Below, one piece after another: positions 42,014 through 52,236 of a DNA stretch of 64,000 nucleotides (the stretch's first letter is position 1; the number at the start of each line of letters is the position of its first letter). The stretch comes from a virus (Duplodnaviria > Caudoviricetes): the IMG/VR virus record IMGVR_UViG_3300029288_000056, positions 224,001 to 288,000 of that record; one strand, written 5' to 3'. The notes under the pieces are model-generated. The model was not told where the DNA came from and made no database searches. It worked only from the letters and a program-made list of their open reading frames with translations. The position numbers were made by a program, and so were the translations under genes.

Positions 42014-42461
42014 ATAAAACTATTGTGGCATTTGCTCTTTTGTTATTTCCATACCATCTACATAATAATTTGTGATGGTAAGCTGATGGTCAGAACAAAA
42101 AGCTAGCGCCTCTGCGAATGAATCGAACTTTGCTAGACTTTTACCACGATACAACCTCCAAACAACATTATACTGCCAACTTGGGCAATCTAATCCTATC
42201 AACACCTCTATTTCTATCATTTCCCCTCCTTTCACCCCACTGGATTCGATCCACACCGACTTCATGGTGGGGTTAAACTACCGAGTCTTTGTTGAGCCGC
42301 AGACTGTGCATGTGATCTTCTCACCAGCGCAGACCGTGTGGACCCTCATTCCCTTCCCGTACTTCGCATCCTGAAAAGGGTACTTACAAGTGCAGGGTCT
42401 TATCACACTTCCACTGGGCTTTTTACTTTGCTCTGCCATTTCTTATCCCTCCTTATAAATC

Positions 42462-42490
42462 ATACTATCATAGAATACCCCGAAAGTCAA
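42462..42490 (-). promoter_or_regulatory. Repeated promoter (TTGACT-17-TAGTAT)
   Basis: Motif match. Confidence 0.8.
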
Positions 42491-42493
42491 GCG

Positions 42494-43861
42494 TTATCTT
42501 TCGGGGTATTTTTGCAGCAACTCCTTCAGACGTTCGGTCGTATTAAGGCTCGGGTCCTCCAAAACCTGTTCCAAAAGCCAATCCAAAACCTTACCGACCT
42601 CTGGCCCCGGCTTCAAAAGCATCATCGTCATTACGTCAAATCCGTTAAGGGCCAAGTCTGTAATCTTAAACGCAGCCTCGGACATTTCCTGATCCTCAAT
42701 TCGTCGTGCCAAGTCTGCGAGATCCTTAATCTTTTCAACTGCCGGTTCGGTCTCAAGGGCCTGAGCATCAGCCAAAAGAATCTTCCACAAAGACCAAACT
42801 CTTTCCTTACCGACTCTGTTGATTAACCGTCTCACACTGGCGTTAGACCAGCTTCGGTCGTACTTGCTCATGTGCTCCCGAATCAACATCAAGACACTTT
42901 CTGTCAAGTCGGTAGGTTGCTTCATTCTCATCATAATATCAAGGGCCATCTTCTCGGAAGCGATTTCGTGCTCATAGAAGTGAACCGCACCTTCCTCAAA
43001 AATGTTCCCACCCTCTACCGTCCTTGTCAGCGGCTTTCCGATGTCGTGTAGCACCGCTGCCCAACGAAGGTCGAGGTCGTTGTCCACGACGTCGCAGGCA
43101 ATCATCAAGTGGCCGAAAACGTCATGCTTATGCCACCTGTTTTGTGTTACACCAGCGCATCTACTCAGCTCTGGAAGCAACAGTGCCAAAAGACCCGTAG
43201 ACAGAAGCAGTCTAAACCCTCTTGACGGATCTGGCCCCACAATCATCTTGTTAAGCTCTTGAGTGATTCGCTCTTGAGCTACGTTTTCCATAACGCCAAG
43301 GCAAAGCCTCTTAATAGACTCAAGTGTCTCGGCCTCGATAGTGAATCCGAGGACCGTGGCAAACCGGCAGGCCCTTAGCATTCTAAGAGCGTCTTCTTGG
43401 AATCGCTTACCGGGATCTCCAACTGCCCGAACGATCATGTTTTGAATGTCTTCCATTCCGCCATGATTATCGAGAAACACGTCTTCGATCGGGTTGTATG
43501 CCATAGCGTTGATGGTAAAGTCTCGTCTCATCAGATCCTTCTCGATGGACTGACTAAATACCACAAAGTCAGGATGGCGCCCGTCAGAGTAATCACTATC
43601 TTCCCTAAAGGTCGTTACCTCGATCGGCCGTTGATCCGTCACTACGGTTACGGTTCCAAATGGTACACCGGTGGCCTTTACTCTATCACCGAAGATATCG
43701 AACACCTCAGACCAGCGTGCATTCGTAGCAATATCCCAATCGTGAACTGGGCGCGCCATAACAAGGTCTCGAACGGCTCCACCTACAAGCCAACTCTCAA
43801 AACCGTGTTGCCTCAGAGTCTTACAGACCCCAAGAACGTCGTGTGGAATTCTTTCTCTCAT
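42494..43861 (-). CDS. cca: Class II tRNA nucleotidyltransferase (CCA-adding) with HD domain
   Basis: VGGAVRD, DWDIAT, EVTTFR, DGRHP, RRDFTINAMA, EDALRMLRACRF, LHDIGKP. Confidence 0.95.
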   Translation of the reverse strand: MRERIPHDVLGVCKTLRQHGFESWLVGGAVRDLVMARPVHDWDIATNARWSEVFDIFGDRVKATGVPFGTVTVVTDQRPIEVTTFREDSDYSDGRHPDFVVFSQSIEKDLMRRDFTINAMAYNPIEDVFLDNHGGMEDIQNMIVRAVGDPGKRFQEDALRMLRACRFATVLGFTIEAETLESIKRLCLGVMENVAQERITQELNKMIVGPDPSRGFRLLLSTGLLALLLPELSRCAGVTQNRWHKHDVFGHLMIACDVVDNDLDLRWAAVLHDIGKPLTRTVEGGNIFEEGAVHFYEHEIASEKMALDIMMRMKQPTDLTESVLMLIREHMSKYDRSWSNASVRRLINRVGKERVWSLWKILLADAQALETEPAVEKIKDLADLARRIEDQEMSEAAFKITDLALNGFDVMTMMLLKPGPEVGKVLDWLLEQVLEDPSLNTTERLKELLQKYPER

Positions 43862-44802
43862 GTTATCTTTCTACTGTCAGACCTCATGTCGACAGAAATG
43901 TAATGTCCTTTTTTGTTATAACTTGAGGTTATGATGTATGTCGTTCCCACCTCATAACCCGCATCTACTTCCCAAGGGATAAAAACCTCAAACGTAATAC
44001 CCCAGTTTTTCCCTTCAACACCCCACTTGCAGATCTTGATCGGTAAGCAGTCCTTAAGACTCGTAATTGCGTCTTTCACTTGCTGCTCAATGCCGGGGTA
44101 GTCTGATACCAGTACCCCCATATCGCAACTGTCTGGCCAAATTCTGGTTTGAAGTTTCGCTACGCCTTCAAAGACAGTGGCCTCTTCTTTAAATATTCCC
44201 ATTTCGTCACCAGCTTATGTAAATTCTTGGCTTATATCCCTTAGCTACCAACTCGTCGGCAGCCGCTCCAAACTTCTCGTATTGTTCACGAAGCCACGAG
44301 ATATCCTTAGATTCAATGTTATTTCGCTTAATTCTAAATAAACAGTTTCGTGACTTACGACATGATGCATTTTCTGGTACCACGAAGCTTTTTTCTATTA
44401 ACTCATCTAACCTCTGATGAAAGAGTTTGGAGTTATAGAACGACCCCGGACCTCCGCCCAACATCAGTGTTCCGTGCTTAGTAAAGCAAGCTACAGAATC
44501 AAAGAGAAAGGTTGCATGTATGAGTACGATCTTATCGCAATCAAATATGTCGTACCCCACCCTACTTTTATGATATAGGCTAATCCAATGACGAAATGAT
44601 TTCCATACTTTGAATAATTTTTGAAAAACATTCAAAGTGTTCCATCCTTGATTTTCCCAATCACACCAATCGAACAGGTAATGGATTATATCTGCCCTTG
44701 CATCTCCACTGTATGAACCCCGCAGATATCCCATCTCGTCGTCATGGTTTTTCTCGTCCTTGTAAAGATATACGTCTATTCCCATTTTTATCACCTAAAA
44801 TA

Positions 44803-44831
44803 ATTGTAACAGAAGTGGACTGAAAAGTCAA
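44803..44831 (-). promoter_or_regulatory. Repeated promoter (TTGACT-17-TACAAT)
   Basis: Motif match; divergent from the only plus-strand gene pair. Confidence 0.8.
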
Positions 44832-44933
44832 GCTCTATTTTTAGAATTAGTTATCCCCTCATCTCTTTCTGTTATAATGGCCTTTCTCAGGGACTTTTTA
44901 CCTCAACAATTTGTTATAATGAAAGGTGATGGC

Positions 44934-45314
44934 ATGGATAATGAAGAAAGATGGAAGGATATCTCCGGTCAATTAGGCGAAATAGCGCTAAATATGGATT
45001 ATATCAAAGATAGTATGAAAGTAATGCATCAAAGAGTAGATCTACAAGAGACCATAGAAAAAAGCAATATATGGATAACAAACAATAGACGTAGTTTTAT
45101 TATAACATCGATTCTGAGTGGTACATCAGGTATAAGCGGCGTCGTGTTAATGCTTTTGAAATGTTTTACCGACCTATCGTACCCCATAGACATACCTATT
45201 TGGCTATTGTCGTTCGCTGGTGTGTACTTTATATTCTACAGAGTATCGGTTATGGTTAATAACTACATTGTAGCAAAATCTTTAAAGGAGCGAAATGCTG
45301 AGCCCCGAACTTAA
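44934..45314 (+). CDS. Two-TM membrane protein with N-terminal coiled coil (start re-assigned to 44934)
   Basis: GAAAGGTGA RBS; two hydrophobic segments; two upstream TGTTATAAT boxes. Confidence 0.7.
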   Translation: MDNEERWKDISGQLGEIALNMDYIKDSMKVMHQRVDLQETIEKSNIWITNNRRSFIITSILSGTSGISGVVLMLLKCFTDLSYPIDIPIWLLSFAGVYFIFYRVSVMVNNYIVAKSLKERNAEPRT

Positions 45315-45690
45315 AGAGCAAGTTGATAAACTGAAGCCTCTCTTGGAGTTTGAATGGTCAGATGATCAGGTGGCGGCGATCATACTATTGTCTTCCCCTT
45401 GGTCAAGCCCAAAGACGGTTTCGGAACTACTCGATATAGACTACGAGGAAGTTAGTGAGTGGAAAAAACAAAGCGCCTTCAGCGCTGACCTCAACCGAGT
45501 CGCTTCAATCGTACAAATTGCATATACGGTCTATATTGATCAAGCCGTCTTTAGGGACGCGCAAAGATCTGCATCTCTTGGAACTTCTAAGCATGAGGCG
45601 GAAGCAATTAACAGTGCCCGCGACATGTTCTATCGCAGGCACGGCCTATACAAAGAAAATCGCGATGATATTGCAAAGATAGTACAGTGA
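45295..45690 (+). CDS. HTH protein, terminase-small-subunit-like
   Basis: SPKTVSELLDIDYEEVSEWKKQSAF pattern. Confidence 0.45.
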   Translation: MLSPELKEQVDKLKPLLEFEWSDDQVAAIILLSSPWSSPKTVSELLDIDYEEVSEWKKQSAFSADLNRVASIVQIAYTVYIDQAVFRDAQRSASLGTSKHEAEAINSARDMFYRRHGLYKENRDDIAKIVQ

Positions 45691-45710
45691 CTTCCTAATA
45701 TTTAAAGTTC

Positions 45711-46832
45711 TCAAGCTACGCTCATCCCAACGGATCGCGTTAACGCTTGAAGGGCCTGCCCGGCCCTAAGAATATTTAACGCCGCATTTGCGTCTCGGTT
45801 CAGCACTAGTCCGCAGTTCGGGCACTCAAAAGTTCGCGTGGAAAGCGAAATCTGATACCGCGTTCCACAGACCGAACATGTCTGACTAGTGTTGTGGGGG
45901 CGCACTTTGATCAGTTGCCTACCAGCCTCTTCCGCTTTGTAGCCAAGAAAACCAAAGAATTGTCCCCAAGATGCATCCGCAATGCTTTTTGATAAATGTT
46001 TGTTTCGTACCATGTTTTTGATCTGCAAATCCTCGACGTAAATCCGTTGATACCGCTCAACATATCGCCGTGAGGTCTTGTGTGTGAAGTCTTTGCGCTG
46101 ATTTGCTATGCGTTCGTGTGTCTTCGCAACTTGAACTCGCGCCTTGTTTCTGCGTTTACTGCCTTTCTTCCGCCGCGAGAGGGTCCGTTGCTGCTTTTTC
46201 AGCCTCCGTGCCGACTGCTTTAGGAATCGGTTGTTTTCAACAACATTCCCATCACTATCATAAATGAAGTTTTCGATCCCAACATCTAAGCCAACTTCAC
46301 GGTCGGTGGCTGGGTACTGTCTGGGTGGAACGTTGTCGCACGAAAAAGTAACGTACCATTTTCCAGCCGCACTCTTTCTAACGGTTACGGTCTTGATCTC
46401 GCCCAAAATCGGTCGGTGAAGTTTTAACTTAAAGGTTCCCAAACGGCTTATGATGAGTTTGTTGCCCTCTAGTTTCCAGCCGGATTGAGTTAAAGTGAGA
46501 CTATCGTATCTTCCGTAACCTTTAAAACGTGGAAAACCAGCACCTCCGATTTTGATACGCCTGAAAAAGCTTTGGTAGGCCAAGTCCACTCTACCAACTA
46601 CATCTTGTAAAGTTTGAGCTGGGATCACCGTAAATTCTGAAAATACTTTTTTAAACAAGGGAAGCTCGTTCTGCTGGTCAAAACGACTTAAAGACTTACG
46701 CACACTTTTCCAGACCTTATTTCGTTGTTCGAGACAGAGATTATACAACTGACGGCAAAGTTCTAACCATCCCAATGCTTTTTCATTGGTTTCTTTAGTG
46801 CAAATCGCATAGTATTTATAAGTAAGTCTCAT
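45711..46832 (-). mobile_element. tnpB: TnpB RNA-guided endonuclease, no adjacent tnpA
   Basis: CRQLYNLCLEQR, AGFPRFKG, RuvC GLDVG / VEDLQI / LNRDANAALNIL, TSQTCSVCG. Confidence 0.95.
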
Positions 46833-46834
46833 AT

Positions 46835-46879
46835 CATTTGCCCGCCCTATCGCCGATGATAGAGATAACCTACGGGCAA
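46835..46879 (-). repeat. Conserved bulged hairpin, copy B, immediately upstream of tnpB
   Basis: TTGCCCGT-AGGTTAT-CTCTATCATCGGCGATAGG-GCGGGCAAATG; compensatory changes relative to copy A. Confidence 0.7.
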
Positions 46880-47388
46880 TACTTTACTGGTCTAAATATG
46901 GTATTTGGCTTCCAAATAGTCCATTTGTTTCATAAATTTATCATGTTCTATTTGGGCTTGAATGCGTCCAGCAATCATAAAGGTTGCCAATGCCACTAAC
47001 AACACAACCGCAACAATCTTCCACATTTTATTCTCCTTTGTTATGGGATTATACCCCAATTTATTCTTGATTGGCATTATAATGCCCGTTGTCGTCATCT
47101 GTATCAACGGAAAATTTTATCTCACAACCGCCAACTAAAACAATGATGATTTTATGAGAAATATTTGCATTACAAGTTAGTTTATAATAATAGCCAGAAT
47201 TGTAAAAGCCATACTTCTCTAATTCTTTTAACTGGGATTCTGTTTTATCGGTATGTCGTTCAATTGAAATATCAATTTGCTCATCCTCCAATAATTCATT
47301 GTTCCCTATTTTAATAATCTTGCCAACCATGACTCATATCTCCTTATTGTTTGTTGTTTTTATTTATCTATTTTTTCTGGCAACAAAT

Positions 47389-47763
47389 CTATTCTTGTGG
47401 AAAGTGATATAATAAGTTCCCTCGTTTGGGGAAGTCCCATGATTCTATTTTTAAGCATTCATAATAAAAACCAGTTGTCATTGTATCTCCGCCTAACATT
47501 AATGACTCTGATTTATGATACTTTCCAACAAATTCAATGTCAATATTCTCTCCTTTTGTAAATTCTTCAGGAAAATGAGTCGCACTTTTTATAATTATAG
47601 TGTTGTTTAATTCAAGATATGATTTGCCCCAATCAAGACTTGTTGATGGGTATTCTCCAATTGAAGTAATAGAACCTTCTAACTTAATTTTTTTAACATC
47701 AGAATTGCATCCGCCTAGCATAAACACCACCACTAACAACACTGCTATGATTACTTTCCACAT
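47389..47763 (-). CDS. Putative lipoprotein
   Basis: MWKVIIAVLLVVVFMLGGC signal peptide with lipobox. Confidence 0.65.
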   Translation of the reverse strand: MWKVIIAVLLVVVFMLGGCNSDVKKIKLEGSITSIGEYPSTSLDWGKSYLELNNTIIIKSATHFPEEFTKGENIDIEFVGKYHKSESLMLGGDTMTTGFYYECLKIESWDFPKRGNLLYHFPQE

Positions 47764-50249
47764 CTCAATTCCTTTCTGTTATTGAGCGTTATTGCTCAAA
47801 ATTGATTCTCCTATTCTTGCCAGTTTGCCAAAGGTTTGTACACTTCAACGACTTCAGGTATAGTAACGACGGATTTGATCCATTCCCAAAGGTGCCTAAA
47901 TACGATCGGTCTCAAGGCTTTGAGTTTACTGTTAAAACCGTCGCCGCGTTTGCCAATTATAATGAGGGTCGGTATGTAGTTATTATGGACATCGTGGTCA
48001 ATATGCAATTCAAAGGACTCGTCCTTTAGGCCAGTGGTAAATAGTCCTTGGATGTCCTTATCAATTTTGTCGCGATGTTCGTCAAAATCGGCGAAATTAA
48101 AGATCTTAGGAAGACGCATCATAATGTCGGTAGTCGCGTCCCCACTCACGTTCCATCCTAAATTCTTGGCAATCTGTGTCAATTTTTCTCCCTTGGTATT
48201 TGTGCATATTCCTTAGCGTCGCATGTTGAACAAGTTCCAGGCAGCCCTTGACATAACCCAGTTTTAGGCCAAGACATTCTAGGTGCGTAATCTATCCACT
48301 CTTCACAGTTGGGGCACCACCAGATACTTCTCGACTCGTTTATGGTCCTCTTCAGTGCCTCAAGTTCACGTTCCAACTTCACTGCCTTTTTACCGTATTC
48401 GAATCCACTTTGGTAATCATATTCTAAATACGCAAGGCATCTGTCGGGATTACGAAAGTACTCGGAACCCTGTGGCGTCAGTAGTTCAAGGCGATAACAA
48501 ATATTATCATATTCGCGCGACAGGTCTTTGGGGTAGGTCTTTTCGTACAAACGATCAACTTGCTCATATACATGAATCGTATGTAAGGCTCTACCGAGAT
48601 GCTCCGCTTGAGCTTCAACCTGCTCCTCTAACTTGAGGATCTTCTGATTAGCCGCAGCAAGCTCTAGTAGGGTCTCTGCTAATTTGTCGTCAGCCATATC
48701 TATCCTTTCAAATGGGCAATGCCTTGTGGCTGTTTCATAAACAGGGCGTGATGCTCGTCACAATATGACTCGTTTCCACAATGCCAACACCACCATTTAT
48801 TCTGGGTGTTCATTTCTTTTCCTTAGACCAAGAGTGCGGCGCGAAATTCGCCCGCATCTTATCTCTGTTTTCGGGGCAATGGCAGTAGGGATTGTCGCCC
48901 ACATAGGTGACCGGGACCAAGTACCCGCCGCACTTAGGACAACGTGTGCTATCCCCGTGCCTATCCTTCTTTACAATCTTATCATACAATTCCTGAGCTA
49001 CCTTTTCATCGAACCCCTCGTGATCACATTTCGAGCACATTATCTCTCCTCTATCCAAAAGAAAATAGTGAACACCAGTACCATAAAGGTACCGGCGCTA
49101 ATGAAAAATCCAAGTGGAGTTACCTGAACATACAGACAAAGCAGCGTTGCCAAGGTGATGACGAGAGCACTCGCTACCACAAAGGCCAACGCCTTCAGAA
49201 AAGATCTGGTTAAACGTTTCATTTATCCTCCGCATCCTTCTCTCTTATGACGTTAATTTCCAAAACAATCTTGTCATCTTTTCTGTCCTTATCCTTGCCG
49301 GAAATTATCAGCTCAAGTGGTCCAAAGAGTAACCATCCGTATTTCTTCTGCCATCTAAAATTTTTGAATGAAAATCTATCAACGTTACTTAAGTAACTGG
49401 TGGCACTATGACTACGATAAACCTTTCGAAGTATTATCCTCTCCGCTTCTCCGTCATTTAAATAAATTCTTTCATCTTTGTTTATTCTTCCTTTAGACTC
49501 TATTTCCTTTTCTTTATCTATTCTTTCTTGTATCAATTTATAGAGCAGTCCTATCGCTCTTATAGTATCACTAACTGAACCATTTTTTAATCCCAGAGTA
49601 ACGTCGCAGTATTTTTTATCAGAACACACAGAACAGTGATCCTTACAATAGCGTTCTATGTCTAGTAATATATACACTAGCTGCACCCGCATCTTATCCC
49701 AAGTTATGTCCATTTTTCCCCTTTTGTTCAGCGATATTTATCTCTAAATATTTTGTAAAGCAAACTGTTGACATTGAGAGATTAAAAGTATCCGTCGCTA
49801 TAAATCTAGCGTATGGCCGCAGTCTCTCTGGAAGAGTCATAATAGCCTCCAAGACTTTTGCGGCACATTCGTCAAGAATCGGGCTAATTGCTCTACTAAT
49901 TTCACACCAATCTTCAAATGGTGGATTCCAAGGTGCGTCCATTTATCCTCCGTTTGCAATTTCAGCTAACTGTCTCCAATATTTCCTAATCTTTTTGTGC
50001 ACTAAAGGTATTTGAGTCTCGGTAAGCTTACCGTATCTCATTAAACCTTTGGCACAGGACGTTAGGAACTCGGCGTCAAAAGCTGAGAATCCAACCGTGT
50101 TTCTCTCCTCAGTCCTCTCACAACTCTGTTCCGCGAAGGTTTGTCGGCTGTAAATCACCAATAAAGCCCGCTCAACAGCTTTGTTGCTGTTATCAAGCAG
50201 GTTTTGAATTGACTCTTTATCCCATTTTCTCATCTCAACCTCCAACAAC

Positions 50250-50278
50250 ATTCTATCACACTTCACCTAAAAAGTCAA
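50250..50278 (-). promoter_or_regulatory. Repeated promoter (TTGACT-17-TAGAAT)
   Basis: Motif match. Confidence 0.8.
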
Positions 50279-50280
50279 GC

Positions 50281-50310
50281 AAAAAATTAACCACCCTACT
50301 CAGAGCGGTT
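50281..50310 (-). terminator. Probable intrinsic terminator
   Basis: AACCGCTCT-GAGT-AGGGTGGTT then AATTTTTT, directly before a promoter. Confidence 0.6.
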
Positions 50311-50649
50311 TTTTGAATCAATTTCCAACTTCTGCAAGATCCCGATAAACTCTTCAAGACTAGTGTTAGCCGCGTAGGTTAACTCCATCCCTTGCATCTT
50401 GATCTTTAGCTGACCACTAACGTGTATGGGTTCTTTCGTGGTGTCGATCTTCACTGCGTCTCCTTGGTATAAGCAACGATATGCCCGCTAGTATTTCCAC
50501 AAGTTACATACCTGTCTTCCAAGTCGTGTCCCATTAACGCGCACTGTGTTCCACAAAGAAACATTGTGGGTGAAAACGGGCAGCGCTTAGCTATTCCGGT
50601 TGCGGGATCAACGACAAATTCTCCGTGCAAAATATTTTCCATACTCCCC

Positions 50650-51105
50650 CTATTGAATGTTAATGTAGTCCACCGACGGATCTGGGGTGTTCCAAATACC
50701 CCATGTCCATGGTGAAGAATTCCAAAAGCGGTTTCCCCTCAACTCTTCATTATATCGGTTAATCTCGTCAATGTATCGCGAGATCAGCTCTGACGCCTTC
50801 TTAGACTGCTCCACGCGGGTTAGGTCTATAAAACCTACCGGTGCCAAGTCCTTAGTGGCTTGCGCATTGTAGGTTTCTATAAACTTAACGTAGTTTGGCG
50901 CAGTGTTGTTGTAAAAAGCCGTCAGATGTATGGTGCTGTTGTAGCTACCGACGGCGTTGAACAGAACAACTACTAGCAGGATCGCAAATAGGAAAAAGAA
51001 AAACATAGCGACGCCTCCGCCGTCTTGATTCCACCCTTCTTGCATAGCGGCTACAGCTATCATAATGAAAAACACGAAAAACAAAATCGTTCCAATTAAA
51101 AGCAT
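50650..51105 (-). CDS. Membrane protein (two N-terminal TM helices)
   Basis: Hydrophobic segments; AAAGGAGA RBS. Confidence 0.75.
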   Translation of the reverse strand: MLLIGTILFFVFFIMIAVAAMQEGWNQDGGGVAMFFFFLFAILLVVVLFNAVGSYNSTIHLTAFYNNTAPNYVKFIETYNAQATKDLAPVGFIDLTRVEQSKKASELISRYIDEINRYNEELRGNRFWNSSPWTWGIWNTPDPSVDYINIQ

Positions 51106-51120
51106 GTTATCTCCTTTGAT

Positions 51121-51260
51121 GCGCAGGGGGAGGATTCGAACCGCGGGCTACGAACCCCGTTATATCCTTCTCCGATACTTGGCTATGCTTTCTTCTATCG
51201 TAGTTTAGAAGTCCATATAGCTGCTACCGGTGTTTTACCTAATAAACTACTCTCCCACGT
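51121..51260 (-). ncRNA. tRNA-like RNA (140 nt) with expanded anticodon arm and an insert at the T stem
   Basis: D arm TAGTTTATTAGGTAAAAC, CCGGTA...TATCGG enclosing GCTAT/ATAGC and CTTCTA/TAGAAG, GG-TTCGAAT-CC; imperfect acceptor. Confidence 0.65.
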
Positions 51261-51262
51261 AT

Positions 51263-51345
51263 TGGGCCGGGGAGGATTTGAACCTCCGTACCCGGAAGGG
51301 ATCAGATTTACAGTCTGACGCCTTTAACCACTCGGCCACCGACCC
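51263..51345 (-). tRNA. tRNA-Tyr(GTA)
   Basis: GGGTCGG/CCGGCCC acceptor, TCAGA-CTGTAAA-TCTGA, long variable arm, GGAGG-TTCAAAT-CCTCC. Confidence 0.95.
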
Positions 51346-51360
51346 ATTTTAAAACAATAC

Positions 51361-51487
51361 TAGAGAACAGAAATTGTGAGTACGTTTATGCGTTCTATCT
51401 GTTGAACTACCGCCCTTGTGGGGCGGGGGAGATTCGCACTCCCAGCTCATCCTTGAAATGGAATGTAAACCCACGAGCATTTCTCTA
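51361..51487 (-). ncRNA. yrlA: Second YrlA-type Y RNA (127 nt), ~34 kb from the Ro60 gene
   Basis: TAGAGAAATGCTCGTGGGTTTACAT...GTACTCACAATTTCTGTTCTCTA; T arm GGGAG-TGCGAAT-CTCCC, closed acceptor CCGCCC/GGGCGG, D arm TAGTTCAACAGATAGAAC. Confidence 0.88.
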
Positions 51488-51523
51488 ATACTTACCCTCG
51501 GCCACCTAGGACTACCTAGGATT

Positions 51524-51677
51524 TTAGAATATCTGGCAAGGATTCAAACCTTGCATGTGGCCTCGTTTTATGGAATTACGCTTTGCTTGTGCACTCATAA
51601 AGCGGTCCCTCCAATGGATACTAGTTCCACATCATCCTCGTCGATCGCGTCTACTCTTTCCGCCACAGACATTCTAA
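51524..51677 (-). ncRNA. tRNA-shell RNA 1 (~154 nt)
   Basis: TTAGAATGTCTG/CAGATATTCTAA, TGGCGGAAAGAGTAGACGC D arm, ~90-nt insert, GCAAGG-TTTGAAT-CCTTGC. Confidence 0.82.
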
Positions 51678-51910
51678 GAACAGGATAGGATTTACACCTA
51701 TCATGGTTTATCCTTTTTCCGATATTTCCGCACTGGCTTTATAACGAAGCTCTCACCTCTTGCCGTGCCACTTTAGGGACTTTATTGGTTGTCATCCAAC
51801 TGCACCCTCGACGGTCTCTTGCCTTGGTTTAACTGTCGCCAAAGCTCAGGACATAACCTTCAACCACTGATGTAAGTTTTCTAGCGTCTACATATTCCGC
51901 CACTGCTCTT
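51676..51910 (-). ncRNA. tRNA-shell RNA 2 (~235 nt)
   Basis: AAGAGCAG/CTGTTCTT, TGGCGGAATATGTAGACGC D arm, ~180-nt insert, GATAGG-TGTAAAT-CCTATC. Confidence 0.82.
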
Positions 51911-51915
51911 AATTG

Positions 51916-52000
51916 TTGGGTAGATTGAGACCACGCGGATTGCTAAGCCGCAACTTATCTCAATTTTTAGGCTTAGCATGCCTTATGGCAATCTGCCCAA
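51916..52000 (-). ncRNA. Structured RNA, probable pseudoknot (85 nt)
   Basis: TTGGGCAGA/TCTACCCAA outer stem, TGCC/GGCA hairpin, TGCTAAGCC/GGCTTAGCA stem whose loop TTGAGAT complements downstream GTCTCAA. Confidence 0.6.
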
Positions 52001-52013
52001 TAAGTTCTATAAT

Positions 52014-52058
52014 CGCGTGGTACTGACCAGTCAGACGGGCTTTACCCATAACCACGCG
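52014..52058 (-). ncRNA. Small three-way-junction RNA element (45 nt)
   Basis: CGCGTGGT/ACCACGCG enclosing ATGGG/CCCGT and CTGA/TCAG hairpins. Confidence 0.55.
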
Positions 52059-52064
52059 TTTATC

Positions 52065-52218
52065 TCTGTTTGGTAAGGATTCAAACCTTACACGCTACCT
52101 CTCCAAGTACACGCATTGTCGGAAACCATTGGAGCAACTTTGGGGTTGACTTGATAGCGCTCTTAGTGTAGCCTCAACCATCTACACCAGCTGCATTACT
52201 CTTTCTGCCACAAACAGA
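52065..52218 (-). ncRNA. tRNA-shell RNA 3 (~154 nt)
   Basis: TCTGTTTG/CAAACAGA, TGGCAGAAAGAGTAATGC D arm, ~100-nt multibranch insert, GTAAGG-TTTGAAT-CCTTAC. Confidence 0.82.
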
Positions 52219-52231
52219 TGTCAAAGAACTG
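52219..52231 (-). promoter_or_regulatory. boxA-like antitermination site
   Basis: CAGTTCTTTGACA directly after the promoter and before the first RNA. Confidence 0.65.
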
Positions 52232-52236
52232 ATTAT

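Noticed and set aside
42234-42273. Possible second minihelix (ACCCCAC...TGGATCGAATCCA-GTGGGGT)
   Set aside because: The T-like stem is only 3-4 bp and the loop is non-canonical; it could be an ordinary hairpin.
51916-52000. HDV-like (theta) ribozyme
   Set aside because: Only 7 nt lie between the P2 5' strand and the P1 3' strand, too few for P3/L3.
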